A DNA stretch of 64,000 nucleotides, taken from NCBI GenBank assembly GCA_015063785.1, contig SVTM01000008.1, positions 12,406-76,405 of the forward strand, read 5' to 3'. Below, in pieces: positions 27,501-36,083 of this stretch (the first letter of the stretch is position 1; every line of letters starts with the position of its first letter). The notes under the pieces were generated by a model that worked only from the letters and a program-made list of their open reading frames with translations, did no database searches and was not told the origin of the DNA. The position numbers were made by a program, and so were the translations under genes. Source of the DNA: Oscillospiraceae bacterium. Its GTDB lineage: Bacteria > Bacillota > Clostridia > Oscillospirales > CAG-382.

Positions 27501-28665
27501 CGATCGAAGCATAGGTGGTTCCCTCTTGGTTTTTCGCCCATGCGGTTTTTGCGCCGACAACTGCGAAGGTGCCTGCCGTATCGGTAACGTCAAGTCCGCT
27601 TCCTGTTGTATCTTTGGAATCCATATACCAAATACCGTCGGCAGAAACAAGCTCTTCGGGGATGGCGGTATAATTTGCGCCGTTGTTGGAAACTATCTGA
27701 AGACCGCCCTTGATCTTTGCAATTTCAGAGCCCTTTATCTTATTGACGTAGCTGCCGTTGTTCACGACAAGCGAAAGTCCGTCTTCAAAGGTAGACGCCG
27801 CCTGACCCCAGCTGAGAGAGCCGTTTTCCGACGCGCCGTTCAGATAATACTTTACGTGTCCCGTAAAGCTTGCAGCCTTTGAGGAGGTAACCACAAGGCC
27901 GTATCTGGGATCGGAATCGGCAGGAATGGCAGTATTGAAGATCGCGGTAAGTCCGCTCTTTGCCTTGGTGTCGGCGGCAGAGGGACTGAAACGGAAATGT
28001 CCTGCTGCAATGCCGTTGTAGCTGCTGTTACCCACAGAGTTGTCGGCAACCTGGTACATAAACGAAACATTGTTGAAGGTGACATCGTGACCGTTGGCAT
28101 AGATCTCTCGGTCAACGTGTCTTGTGACAACAAGGGTGATGTCCTCGAAAACAGTGGGGCCTCCGAGAGTTATGGTGGTGTTGAGTCCGACTATTTCAGA
28201 CTGAAAGAGCTTTGCATCGTCGGTATAGCCCTTTACAACAATGGTTGCGGCGTGTTCGCCTGCAGATGCACCCCTTTGTGCCCAGGCAGTCTGTCTGCCC
28301 ACAATATTTGCGCCCTTTACAACAGGCTTTCCGCCGAGATAATTGCCGTCGGCGTCATACCACCAGGGCTCTGTGTGAGCTTTTCCCGAGGTCATGTCTG
28401 CGCTAAGGGTGTCGTCGTTCATCACATAGATCTCGACGGTGTCCCCTTCGCCATAGCCTTTATCGTTGATAAGCGCGATGGCATCGGCAACTGTTGAAAC
28501 GGGAGAATCGGGAGAGGTGCCTGTGCCGCTGCAATGCCACTTTACATAGTATTTGGGGATAGTATTGTCGGCATTGTCTATTGCAAAAACGTTGAATGCG
28601 CACACCGAAAGGATCATGCACAGACAAAGCAAAAGGCTTGTAAGCCTTGAAAAGCTTTTTTTCAT
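24526..28665 (-). CDS. giant secreted protein B1: two tandem repeat units + shared module + C-terminal metallophosphoesterase
   Basis: GAGGAG RBS 7 nt before ATG 28665, and a signal peptide (MKKSFSRLTSLLLCLCMILSVCAFNVFA). Listeria-Bacteroides-type B-repeats (GKTFVGWGYEG, GKTFIGWTFEDG). Calcineurin-like motifs ASDIHFN, ITGDTLD, LGNHEG, FFHIP, TGHTHSP. Confidence 0.8.
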   Translation of the reverse strand: MKKSFSRLTSLLLCLCMILSVCAFNVFAIDNADNTIPKYYVKWHCSGTGTSPDSPVSTVADAIALINDKGYGEGDTVEIYVMNDDTLSADMTSGKAHTEPWWYDADGNYLGGKPVVKGANIVGRQTAWAQRGASAGEHAATIVVKGYTDDAKLFQSEIVGLNTTITLGGPTVFEDITLVVTRHVDREIYANGHDVTFNNVSFMYQVADNSVGNSSYNGIAAGHFRFSPSAADTKAKSGLTAIFNTAIPADSDPRYGLVVTSSKAASFTGHVKYYLNGASENGSLSWGQAASTFEDGLSLVVNNGSYVNKIKGSEIAKIKGGLQIVSNNGANYTAIPEELVSADGIWYMDSKDTTGSGLDVTDTAGTFAVVGAKTAWAKNQEGTTYASIDGTLSVPAGRYAVTYSADEPQVGTMYLDGEKYCEYIAGSAVALPVLPKIPGKTFVGWGYEGDLYSGVYQTPKGQLTVSLTSQYDTNPDTFIYYVDSAGGSDENDGTSADKALATLNAAITKADAREETNKLVVIIGTYEIPKGNVEIRNLAKHENLVTIVGDGSNNSIIRKLDTITTNGPTEFSNIRFVNAVNSKHIDTVGFKLVIGENVLFEREGSFEAKFGLHSGAMNSSKGGREKVVINSDVGTIYAGTYYNTVPRSFPGGDYEINAEVTLFSVSADGWSNVANNQYYNLPSVYDGVVNIYLNEGGLIKTLGGAEVRATYNENTGINLFMNGGKVSAYTEFVLPYVWKINTENFTDTDYLTANTTAGIFKVVGGKTALATEKAGYQYVSADGTLHLPESGEYTIEFVDKVYYTNSGTRIDFYADMPLDLSTVSHAKVAGKTFIGWTFEDGSIPEKGEFKNGDVLVANYAEIDLDTEFYIEGAQIRTGGSVGLRFMIRKSDSVDTKLPTVESFGSAVIPSSVLYDYPDLTEHQLELDTVYDYNGAKFSSAEVEAVKIYEKTSDAVRYTVVIANMAEEYYDRMYTVRGYVRFKDYNGVDRVLYSDYYATRHVNIAETIIRLADAGKIKIPAEQDLYYRSVVDTVKAAIANEYSGKITTVAGSPDDPNSFKHVYEIGDTGLQVRDVHVYPDDYVEGQTDREPLVIMQASDIHFNYTNAQDFEEANPSIMSTYIGRQGFKNTVPIGQKVLRYAYMGDAMVITGDTLDFLSRGAMELANKHIFDVYPYALAALGNHEGTRVCQQPEGQKAPDPTTIESRHAILQENWTGHDVLYSSSLVGDRVLLVQMDDGTASRFWDSQVEPFKADLALAREKGYAVLVFFHIPIRTYNPNETAVDQTDYIPGRSDSSGLRDFTKEGIAMSSNEANKAIFSLFKEYSDVIYGFFTGHTHSPYYSEFAVSVEEGTNNVTDFIPQYTMTSSAYSKGNVTKIIVH
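25663..26067 (-). other. shared ~130-140 aa module (copy in B1)
   Basis: EFYIEGAQIRTGGSVGLRFMIRKSD...FGSAVIPSSVL...KIYEKTSDAVRYTVVIANMAEEYYDRMYTVRGYVRFKDYNG. Confidence 0.6.
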
Positions 28666-28685
28666 TATATTGCTCCTCATTTTTC

Positions 28686-28720
28686 AAAACAAGGCACATA
28701 AGTAAAAACCATGTGCCTTG
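28686..28720 (-). terminator. weak intercistronic hairpin/terminator between A2 and B1
   Basis: Minus strand: CAAGGCACAT-ggtttttactt-ATGTGCCTTG followed by only TTTT. It ends ~20 nt before the B1 RBS. Confidence 0.5.
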
Positions 28721-28732
28721 CCTTTTAATAAT

Positions 28733-31660
28733 TTATTTTGTAATAAGTACAAATACGGGGCTTGTATCCTTAAGATTCTTTTGGATGATCTCTGCCGCAT
28801 CTTCGGCAGCGTTGGCAGATTTACCCTTGAGCGTACCGAGATGTCCGTTTTTGCGCTGGATGTAGATGTTCGAGTCGAATTCTTCCTTCGAACGCTTGTC
28901 AATATCGATCAGATAGCCTGCAGAGCGGTCGAGGATATTGTTCTGAGCTTTGAGGTTGCTGTTTTTGGCATCAACGGTTGTGAAAGAGTAAAGACGAGCC
29001 GAGCTGGTACGGTTGGCAACGATAGTACCCCAGCCATATCCGCAATTGCGAAGCACATTGTCTTTTGCAAGATAGTTGTGGGTTTCGGGGGACTTTGTGC
29101 TCTTTGAGATCCAGCATTCGATTCCCCAGTGGGTATATTCCATAAGGTTGCCTGCATATTCGATGTTTTTCATCGTGTAGTCAACACCCTGGTGGGTAAC
29201 GGCGGTATCATAGATCTGATACATCCAGTTGTTTCTGACATAATATCCGTCGCAGCTGCCATAAAGCTGAACAGCATTTCCGTATGCGCCGCTGCCGCTG
29301 TCATACGAGCCCATCTGCGAGCCGCCGATCCATGCAAATTCACTGTTTGTTACGGTGAAGTTGCCTGCATAGTTTACATTGATACCGTGAGCGCCTGTGA
29401 ATCTTACGTTGAGGTTATCGACCACAACGTCTGTGCCGGAACCGGACAGAATATGGACCTTGGGACCGATCTCGATAGACTTGAATCTTTCGCCGGGGTT
29501 GCCGCCTTCGCAGTAGAGATAAAGGGTATCATTGGTGGGATAGAATTCGAGGTCTTTTGCAAGGTTTGCATAACCCGAAACGTGCTTGCCGTAGTATCTG
29601 GGGATACCGTAAAGAGCGTCATAGTTTCCGTGGTCTGCAAAATCGTGGTCAAACGCCATTACACCGACGTTTGCAATCTTATCGACAAGCTCGTATACGT
29701 TGGGAGCGTCTGTTGCCTTCCAAAGAGCGGGATCTGCAAAGTTTTTGGGAGACGCTGTGATAATCGGCTTTTCGCCTTCGCCGTACGAGCCGTAGATACA
29801 GCTCTGAAGCATATTAACCGTGCCGCGATATACGCCGCCGCGCTCGAAGAGAATGGCTGTGCCCTTCTTGGGGAATCTGAGCTTCTTTTCGAGAGCTGCA
29901 AGGGTCTTCAGAGGCTTGTCGGGGGACTTGCCGTTGTTTTCATCGTTTCCGTTCTTTTCGGAAATGTAATAGGTATTGCCGCTCATAAGATGACCGTAGA
30001 TGTCTGCAGTGTTCTTTGTGCCGAGGATATCCTTTTTCATCTGTTCGGCAATAACGTCAACGCCTTCGCGGATGGCATCACCCGTGAGTCCCTTTGCCTG
30101 GGTGTGAAGGGCTTTAATGTATTCGCCTGCGTTTGTTCCTTCGAGAACATATTTCTTTTCGGCATTATCAACAGTCCATGCACCCTCTGCCTTTGCGGAG
30201 GAGGAAGCGATGATCTGTCCCTTTGCCCAGTGGCCTTCGATGTCCGAGAACTTGCTTGTGCCCGATCCGTTGGAAACTCTGCCGATGAGGCGGTTGATAA
30301 CAGTTACCGTTTCGGCACGGGTGATATTGTTTGCGGCAAGGAAGGTGCCGTCTTCGTATCCTGTGATGATTCCGTTGGACACAGCATACATAACGGCGTC
30401 AAAGCATCTGTCCTTTGTGGTAACGTCGGTGATGAGAGAAAGCCTTAAGCTGCCGTAGTTTTTGTCGGCAATGGCATAGATGATCTCAACAAATTCGCCA
30501 CGGGTAATCTTGGTGTTGGGCTCGAAATTGCCACTCCAGATCGAAAGAGCGCCGAGGTTTTCAAGGGTTGTTACTGCATTGTAGTACCATGCGTCTGCCG
30601 TAACATCGGCAAAGGCTGTTGTACCCATGTCCTTGCCTGTGGGGTTGACGAGAGAAGCGATGATCTTGCAGGCTTCGGCACGGGTTACGTTGTTCTGAGG
30701 AAGGAATGTGCCGTCGGGATAACCGTTGATGTAGGCTGTCTCAAGAGAAGCAAAATCAAAGACATAGTTGAAGACGGGGATGTAGTTGACATCCTTGCCC
30801 GCACGCATCTGAACGGTGGTGCCGGGGGTGTAAGTCTTGTTGTCGAAAGTGCACTTCCAGGTAAGAAACTCCATGTTTTCGGGAGCAGTTCCTGTAAATT
30901 CGGGGATTGTATAATAATCGAGGTCCTTTGTGTTCACAACTGTAAGAGCGGCAGAACCTTCGTCACCCGAGAGGAAGTTTGCCTTTCTGTCAAGGATGAT
31001 ATTGCCGACTGCAGGGTCCCAGCTCTGTACAGAAACGTCAGAGATGTAAAGCACGTCGGATTTGCCCATATTGGCTTCGCCGAGCAAAGGATAAAGCTTG
31101 ATCTGGCGGAGGTAGTAAATATCATCGGTAAGCTTTGCTCTCTTTTCTGCAGAAGCTTCACCCAAGGGAAATACCATCTGATCCCACTTGTTTGCAACCA
31201 TGCCGTTGCGGGACTTTACCGATACACCAAAGCTTACGCCTTCTGTTATGTCCTTGTCGCCGCAGATATTCACCTGGGTCCAGGTCATCTGATGACCGTT
31301 GAGGGCAGGCTCGGCATCGGGAGACTGATAGTAGTAGTCAACTACAATATATTTTGCGCCCGAAAGAGGAATGGGCTCGCCGATATCGTCAAGCAAAGTG
31401 CCCCAACGATAGTAGCAAAACCCGTTTTTGGTGGCGTCTGCACCTGTGCGCTTGAGCACGTGGGAGTTTCTGCCATCAAAAACATCCATAGACTTGACGT
31501 AGCCGTCATAGTCACCTTCAAACGCCGAAATGTTGGATGCAGGAACCTTCTGCTCGCCGAAGGTGTCAAGGGGGTGGATGACCTTGTCCACCGCAAGAAC
31601 TGCGGGAACGCAGGAAGCTCCAAGACAAAGAGCAAGAAGGATGGAAAGTAATTTTTTCAT
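28733..31660 (-). CDS. giant secreted protein A2: N-terminal domain + SLH repeats + parallel beta-helix
   Basis: ATG 31660 gives the signal peptide MKKLLSILLALCLGASCVPAVLA. SLH repeats lie at about 30200..30765 (FADVTADAWYYNAV, ITDVTTKDRCFDAV...ITRAETVTVINRL, FSDIEGHWAKGQ). Beta-helix region: YYISEKNGNDENNGKSPDKPLKTL, NNWMYQIYDTAVTHQ. Confidence 0.8.
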   Translation of the reverse strand: MKKLLSILLALCLGASCVPAVLAVDKVIHPLDTFGEQKVPASNISAFEGDYDGYVKSMDVFDGRNSHVLKRTGADATKNGFCYYRWGTLLDDIGEPIPLSGAKYIVVDYYYQSPDAEPALNGHQMTWTQVNICGDKDITEGVSFGVSVKSRNGMVANKWDQMVFPLGEASAEKRAKLTDDIYYLRQIKLYPLLGEANMGKSDVLYISDVSVQSWDPAVGNIILDRKANFLSGDEGSAALTVVNTKDLDYYTIPEFTGTAPENMEFLTWKCTFDNKTYTPGTTVQMRAGKDVNYIPVFNYVFDFASLETAYINGYPDGTFLPQNNVTRAEACKIIASLVNPTGKDMGTTAFADVTADAWYYNAVTTLENLGALSIWSGNFEPNTKITRGEFVEIIYAIADKNYGSLRLSLITDVTTKDRCFDAVMYAVSNGIITGYEDGTFLAANNITRAETVTVINRLIGRVSNGSGTSKFSDIEGHWAKGQIIASSSAKAEGAWTVDNAEKKYVLEGTNAGEYIKALHTQAKGLTGDAIREGVDVIAEQMKKDILGTKNTADIYGHLMSGNTYYISEKNGNDENNGKSPDKPLKTLAALEKKLRFPKKGTAILFERGGVYRGTVNMLQSCIYGSYGEGEKPIITASPKNFADPALWKATDAPNVYELVDKIANVGVMAFDHDFADHGNYDALYGIPRYYGKHVSGYANLAKDLEFYPTNDTLYLYCEGGNPGERFKSIEIGPKVHILSGSGTDVVVDNLNVRFTGAHGINVNYAGNFTVTNSEFAWIGGSQMGSYDSGSGAYGNAVQLYGSCDGYYVRNNWMYQIYDTAVTHQGVDYTMKNIEYAGNLMEYTHWGIECWISKSTKSPETHNYLAKDNVLRNCGYGWGTIVANRTSSARLYSFTTVDAKNSNLKAQNNILDRSAGYLIDIDKRSKEEFDSNIYIQRKNGHLGTLKGKSANAAEDAAEIIQKNLKDTSPVFVLITK

Positions 31661-31723
31661 CTTTGTTTTCCTTTCTTTCTGTTCTTTTTTAAGGCACAGT
31701 ATGCCTTGTACAGATACCTTTTC

Positions 31724-31732
31724 ATTATACCA
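31724..31732 (-). promoter_or_regulatory. extended -10 element upstream of A2
   Basis: Minus strand: TGgTATAAT, ~60 nt upstream of ATG 31660. The -35 is poor. Confidence 0.4.
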
Positions 31733-31811
31733 TAACAATATAGAAAATGGAACAGTTTTTTTGATATTTATATAAAATTTTAAAGATTTTCTCCACTTTA
31801 TTTATATAATC

Positions 31812-31857
31812 AAAACAAAAAGAATCCCTGCTTCCGCGTTTTTTGCGGAGGCAGGGA
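31812..31857 (-). terminator. terminator of the lipoprotein gene 31870..32487
   Basis: Minus strand: TCCCTGCCTCCGC-aaaaaac-GCGGAAGCAGGGA (one G-U pair), then TTCTTTTTGTTTTG. Confidence 0.75.
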
Positions 31858-31869
31858 AAAACATTTCTG

Positions 31870-32487
31870 TTATGCTTTTATTTCGGCAAAGCCTATGCCA
31901 AAAGGTGCAAAAGTCTGCTCAAGCTCGTCGGTGGCAAAAAGATCCTTTTCAAAGAGGAAAGTACCCTGTGCCAAGCCGTCTGTGAAGGTAACGGCAACAC
32001 CGATGCCTGCATTGAAAACGTAAAGGTAGGTCACAGGCTCTTTTGCCGAAATAGCTTCGTTTTTAACCACTGCGCTGTACAGCGAGCAAAAAGCGATGTA
32101 TTCCTGTCCCATTGTCGAGTTTATCATATTGGCAACGGTTGAAAAGCCAACACGGTTTTCGATCTGTGTTTTTAAGGTATCGGGAATATTGTCCCAGCCG
32201 TATGTGTCGGCAATGCCCATGTTTTTCACAAGCTCTTCCGACGTGGGAAGCGAAAGCTTGTACACGCTTTCGGGCTTTGAAAAATCAAGCTCCTTTACCC
32301 TTTCGGTCACGTCTTCAAGCAGATTGGGAACTCCCATCATATCGGCATATTCTTCGCTGTTTACCATTTCGTGCATTATTGATGCCACAGAAAGGCCTTC
32401 TTTGTAAAGATCCACATTTTTTGCCGAACAGCCTGCAAAAGGCAGAGCAAGCATAATAATTGCGAGAAAAAGACATATTTTTTTCAT
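31870..32487 (-). CDS. lipoprotein, function unknown
   Basis: AGGAG RBS and ATG 32487, giving MKKICLFLAIIMLALPFAGC (lipobox). It lies 79 nt downstream of the ABC exporter genes on the same strand. Confidence 0.55.
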   Translation of the reverse strand: MKKICLFLAIIMLALPFAGCSAKNVDLYKEGLSVASIMHEMVNSEEYADMMGVPNLLEDVTERVKELDFSKPESVYKLSLPTSEELVKNMGIADTYGWDNIPDTLKTQIENRVGFSTVANMINSTMGQEYIAFCSLYSAVVKNEAISAKEPVTYLYVFNAGIGVAVTFTDGLAQGTFLFEKDLFATDELEQTFAPFGIGFAEIKA

Positions 32488-32566
32488 CGTTATATCTCCT
32501 TTTGTTTTTTGTTTCAGTATATCACAATCAGTTTTGAAAGTCAACCGATATTTGAGATATGCGGTT

Positions 32567-34369
32567 TTATTCATACTGCGAATTATAAAGCGAGCTGTAA
32601 AATCCGCCTTTTTTCAAAAGTTCTTCGTGATTGCCCGATTCGGTGATGACACCGTCGCGGATAACAAGAATGGTGTCGGCGTTCTTTATGGTGGAAAGTC
32701 TGTGGGCAATGACAAAGCAGGTGCGACCTTCCATCAGCCTGTTCATCGCCTGCTGAATCTTCATTTCGGTTCTCGAGTCAACGTTTGACGTTGCCTCGTC
32801 AAGAATAAGCATGGAAGAGCCCGAAATCATGGCGCGGGCAATGGTGATGAGCTGGCGCTGACCTTTGGAGATGTTTACGCCGTCGTCGGTAAGCACCGTG
32901 TCGTATCCGTCGGGCAGAGATTCGATGAATCCGTCGATCTTTGCCGTCTTTGCCGCCTCTTTCACTTCTTCAAGAGTGGCGTTTTCTCTGCCATAGGCGA
33001 TGTTTTCAAAGATTGTACCTTTGAAAAGCCAGGTATCCTGAAGCACCATGGTGTATGCCTTGCGAAGAGATGCACGGGTTATATCAAGGCAGTCTTTTCC
33101 ATCCACCGTAATACTGCCGTCATTTATGTCATAAAAGCGCATGAGAAGATTGATGACGGTGGTTTTTCCCGCCCCCGTGGGGCCGACGATGGCAACTGTT
33201 TTGCCCGGTTCTGCCACGAAGGATATATTTTTGAGTATGGTCTTTTCGGGAGTATAGCCAAATGTTACGTCTGAAAGCTCCACCCTTCCGATGACATCCG
33301 AAAGCTCAAAGGCCTCTGTCTTATCAATCGGTTCGGGCTGCTCATCAATGACGGCAAAAACTCGCTCTGCCGCAGAAAAAGCAGATTGCAGCTCGGTTAT
33401 GATATTGGCAAACTCGTTTATCGGTCCTGCAAATTTTCGCGAATACTGAACAAACTTTGCAATTCCGCCAAGCGTTATAAAAAATATCGCCCCCTCCTGC
33501 ACCGTGCCGTTCTGCGAGAACATATATAGTATTCCGCCGACGATCATGATGAGGGATATAGAAAGATTATTGATGAAATTGACCGAAGGGCCTGTGATCG
33601 CGCCGTGATAATCCGCCTTGTAATAGGCGTCCATAGCGTCTGTGTTGCGCAGGTTAAAACGGCCGCTTACAGTGTCTTCTCTGTTGTACGCCTGTATCGT
33701 GCGGCAGCCTGTCAGCATTTCTTCTGCATATCCGTTCAGCTCGCCGAGTTTGCGCGATCGGGTGGAAAAAAGCGGACGGACAAGCCTTGAACGGTAACGG
33801 GTGAAAATTATCGCCGCAGGAACGGTTATGGCAAAAACAAGTATCAGCGGTTTTGATATGTTCCACATAAAAACAAGCGAGCCTATGACTGTATAAATGC
33901 TTGTCATTATCTGCACAAGATCGTGGGAAAGAGTGCTGTTTATTGTGTCGATATCGTAGGATATGTGGCTGATTATCTCGCCGGTCTGGTGAGTGTCGAA
34001 ATAGCCGACGGGAAGACTTGTGAGTTTTTCAAACACCTGCTTTCGCATGGTGTACACTATTCTTTGGCTCATGTTTATCATAATAACCGAAAGAATGTAC
34101 GAAAGCAATGCCGAAACAAGATAACAGACGAGCATTTTCAAAACGTTTTCTTTTACAATGGCAAAGTTAACGCTTTCGCCTGCCAAAGCATCTATGGCGT
34201 CGCCCGAATATTTCGGTCCCATCAGCGACAGCTGGTTTGAAAACAGCGTGAAGATTATGGCAGGAACAAAAAGGTACCAATATTTAAGAACGTAACCACA
34301 AAGACGGAAAAAAACTCCTTTTTTTGATCTTTTTTCTTCGGTCGTTCCTTTTTTTCGCTTGTCAGTCAA
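32567..34369 (-). CDS. ABC exporter permease/ATPase fusion, subunit with non-canonical signature motif
   Basis: 6-TM domain plus NBD. Walker A GPTGAGKTT and Walker B ILILDEAT, but the signature reads NISKGQRQL instead of LSGGQ. Confidence 0.9.
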   Translation of the reverse strand: MTDKRKKGTTEEKRSKKGVFFRLCGYVLKYWYLFVPAIIFTLFSNQLSLMGPKYSGDAIDALAGESVNFAIVKENVLKMLVCYLVSALLSYILSVIMINMSQRIVYTMRKQVFEKLTSLPVGYFDTHQTGEIISHISYDIDTINSTLSHDLVQIMTSIYTVIGSLVFMWNISKPLILVFAITVPAAIIFTRYRSRLVRPLFSTRSRKLGELNGYAEEMLTGCRTIQAYNREDTVSGRFNLRNTDAMDAYYKADYHGAITGPSVNFINNLSISLIMIVGGILYMFSQNGTVQEGAIFFITLGGIAKFVQYSRKFAGPINEFANIITELQSAFSAAERVFAVIDEQPEPIDKTEAFELSDVIGRVELSDVTFGYTPEKTILKNISFVAEPGKTVAIVGPTGAGKTTVINLLMRFYDINDGSITVDGKDCLDITRASLRKAYTMVLQDTWLFKGTIFENIAYGRENATLEEVKEAAKTAKIDGFIESLPDGYDTVLTDDGVNISKGQRQLITIARAMISGSSMLILDEATSNVDSRTEMKIQQAMNRLMEGRTCFVIAHRLSTIKNADTILVIRDGVITESGNHEELLKKGGFYSSLYNSQYE

Positions 34370-36083
34370 CTATGGCACCTCCCATCTGCGATTCGCTTAT
34401 CTCGCGGTATTCGGGGCATTTTTCGAGAAGCTCCTCGTGCTTGCCGATGCCGATTATTCTGCCCTCGTCAAGCACCATTATAATGCTGCAATCCTTGACA
34501 GAGCTTACCCTTTGCGCCACCGTGACAAGAGTGGTGTCCCCCATATTTTCGGCAAGGGCGCGGCGAAGCGCCGCATCGGTCTTATAGTCAAGAGCAGACG
34601 AGCTGTCATCGAGTATCAGAATTTCGGGTTTTGCAGCAAGCGCACGGGAAATGAGAAGTCTTTGCTTCTGACCGCCCGAAATGTTGGCTCCGTGCTGGGT
34701 AAGCTTATGTTCAAATCTGTCGGGCAGATCCGAAACAAAACCTTCTGCCTGCGCGATCTTTGCGGCGCGCTCGATATCCTCGATAGGAAGATCGCGACCA
34801 AAGCTGATGTTTTCGCGGATGCTATCGGCAAAGAGAAAATCGTGCTGATGCGCCGAGCCAAAGAGCTTATAAAACCTTTCCTTCGAAATGGTACGTATGT
34901 TTTCGCCGTTTATGTAGATGCTGCCGCTGTCGGTATCATAAAAGCGCAAAAGAAGCTTGACAAGGGTGGATTTTCCTGAGCCTGTAGCACCGATGATACC
35001 CAGCGACTCGCCCTTTTTCAGCGAAAAGCTGATATCCGAAAGGTTATTTCTTTTGCCGTTGTACGAAAAACTGACCTTATCAAAAACGATGTGTGCATTT
35101 GTTTTTATATCGGGATACTCCTCTTTGGTGCAAATCTCGATATCTTCGGGTGCCTCCAGCACCTCGGCGATTCTGCCTGCAGATGCGGCACACTTTGTAT
35201 ACATAACAAAAATTCTCGTCACCGCCATAAGCGACATGGATATGAGGGTGAAATACTGCATAAATGCAATCACGTTTTCGGGGTCGGAGGTACCTTTTGA
35301 AACAAAATATGCACCGAGTGCAATGACAGCCACACTTCCCACGTTCATAAACATGGTCATCAAGGGATTTACGCTGCCCATAACAACGCCTGCTTTCAAC
35401 TCCTTGCCCACAAGCTCTTTATTGACCGTGTCATAACGGCGATGCTCGTAATCGACCTTTGAAAGAGCCTTGATGACGCGGATGCCTTGTGAATCCTCAC
35501 GCACCACACGAACCATGTTGTCAACAGAGCCCTGAACTTTTTGGTAGAGCGGTATGCCCTTCATTCGCACAAAATACACCGTGACAAAAATGATTGGAAG
35601 CAGCGCGATCATGACAAGGGCAAGCTTTGCATCCATAAAAAGTGTAACCGCGATGCCGCCAAAAAGGAGAATCGGGGCGCGCACGCCCATGCGCTGGATC
35701 ATATTGATAAAGCTATGGACGTTGTAGGTGTCGGTGGTTATGCGCGATTCAAGCGACGGAATGGTGAATTTGTCTGTCTGCCGCGCAGAGAGAGCAAGAG
35801 TTTTTGCAAAAAGATCCTTGCGCATATTCTCGGCAAAATCGCGCGACACGTGCGCCGCCATGCGGTTTGCCGTTATGTTGCACACAAGCGCTGTGGCAGA
35901 AAAAAGCACCATAAGACCGCCCCAAAGAATAATATCCGAAACATGGCTTCCGATAACGTTCTTTAGAATATGACTGAGAATATACGGCAGCATCAGTTCA
36001 GAAAGAGTTGCCACCGTTTTTATCGAAAAGCCTACCGCCATGCGGCGATAAAACATTTTCAGATAGGCAAAAACAGTTTTCAT
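34362..36083 (-). CDS. ABC exporter permease/ATPase fusion, subunit with degenerate Walker B
   Basis: Walker A GATGSGKST and canonical signature ISGGQKQR. Walker B is ILILDDSSS (Asp in place of the catalytic Glu). 8-nt overlap with the partner gene. Confidence 0.9.
   Translation of the reverse strand: MKTVFAYLKMFYRRMAVGFSIKTVATLSELMLPYILSHILKNVIGSHVSDIILWGGLMVLFSATALVCNITANRMAAHVSRDFAENMRKDLFAKTLALSARQTDKFTIPSLESRITTDTYNVHSFINMIQRMGVRAPILLFGGIAVTLFMDAKLALVMIALLPIIFVTVYFVRMKGIPLYQKVQGSVDNMVRVVREDSQGIRVIKALSKVDYEHRRYDTVNKELVGKELKAGVVMGSVNPLMTMFMNVGSVAVIALGAYFVSKGTSDPENVIAFMQYFTLISMSLMAVTRIFVMYTKCAASAGRIAEVLEAPEDIEICTKEEYPDIKTNAHIVFDKVSFSYNGKRNNLSDISFSLKKGESLGIIGATGSGKSTLVKLLLRFYDTDSGSIYINGENIRTISKERFYKLFGSAHQHDFLFADSIRENISFGRDLPIEDIERAAKIAQAEGFVSDLPDRFEHKLTQHGANISGGQKQRLLISRALAAKPEILILDDSSSALDYKTDAALRRALAENMGDTTLVTVAQRVSSVKDCSIIMVLDEGRIIGIGKHEELLEKCPEYREISESQMGGAIVD

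Noticed and set aside
28690-31707. Hairpins on both sides of A2 (28690..28720 and 31691..31707) share AAGGCA/TGCCTT arms, reminiscent of the bracketed LRR gene.
   Set aside because: Only 6-7 nt are shared and the loops differ, so there is no extended identity. This is too short to distinguish from coincidence.
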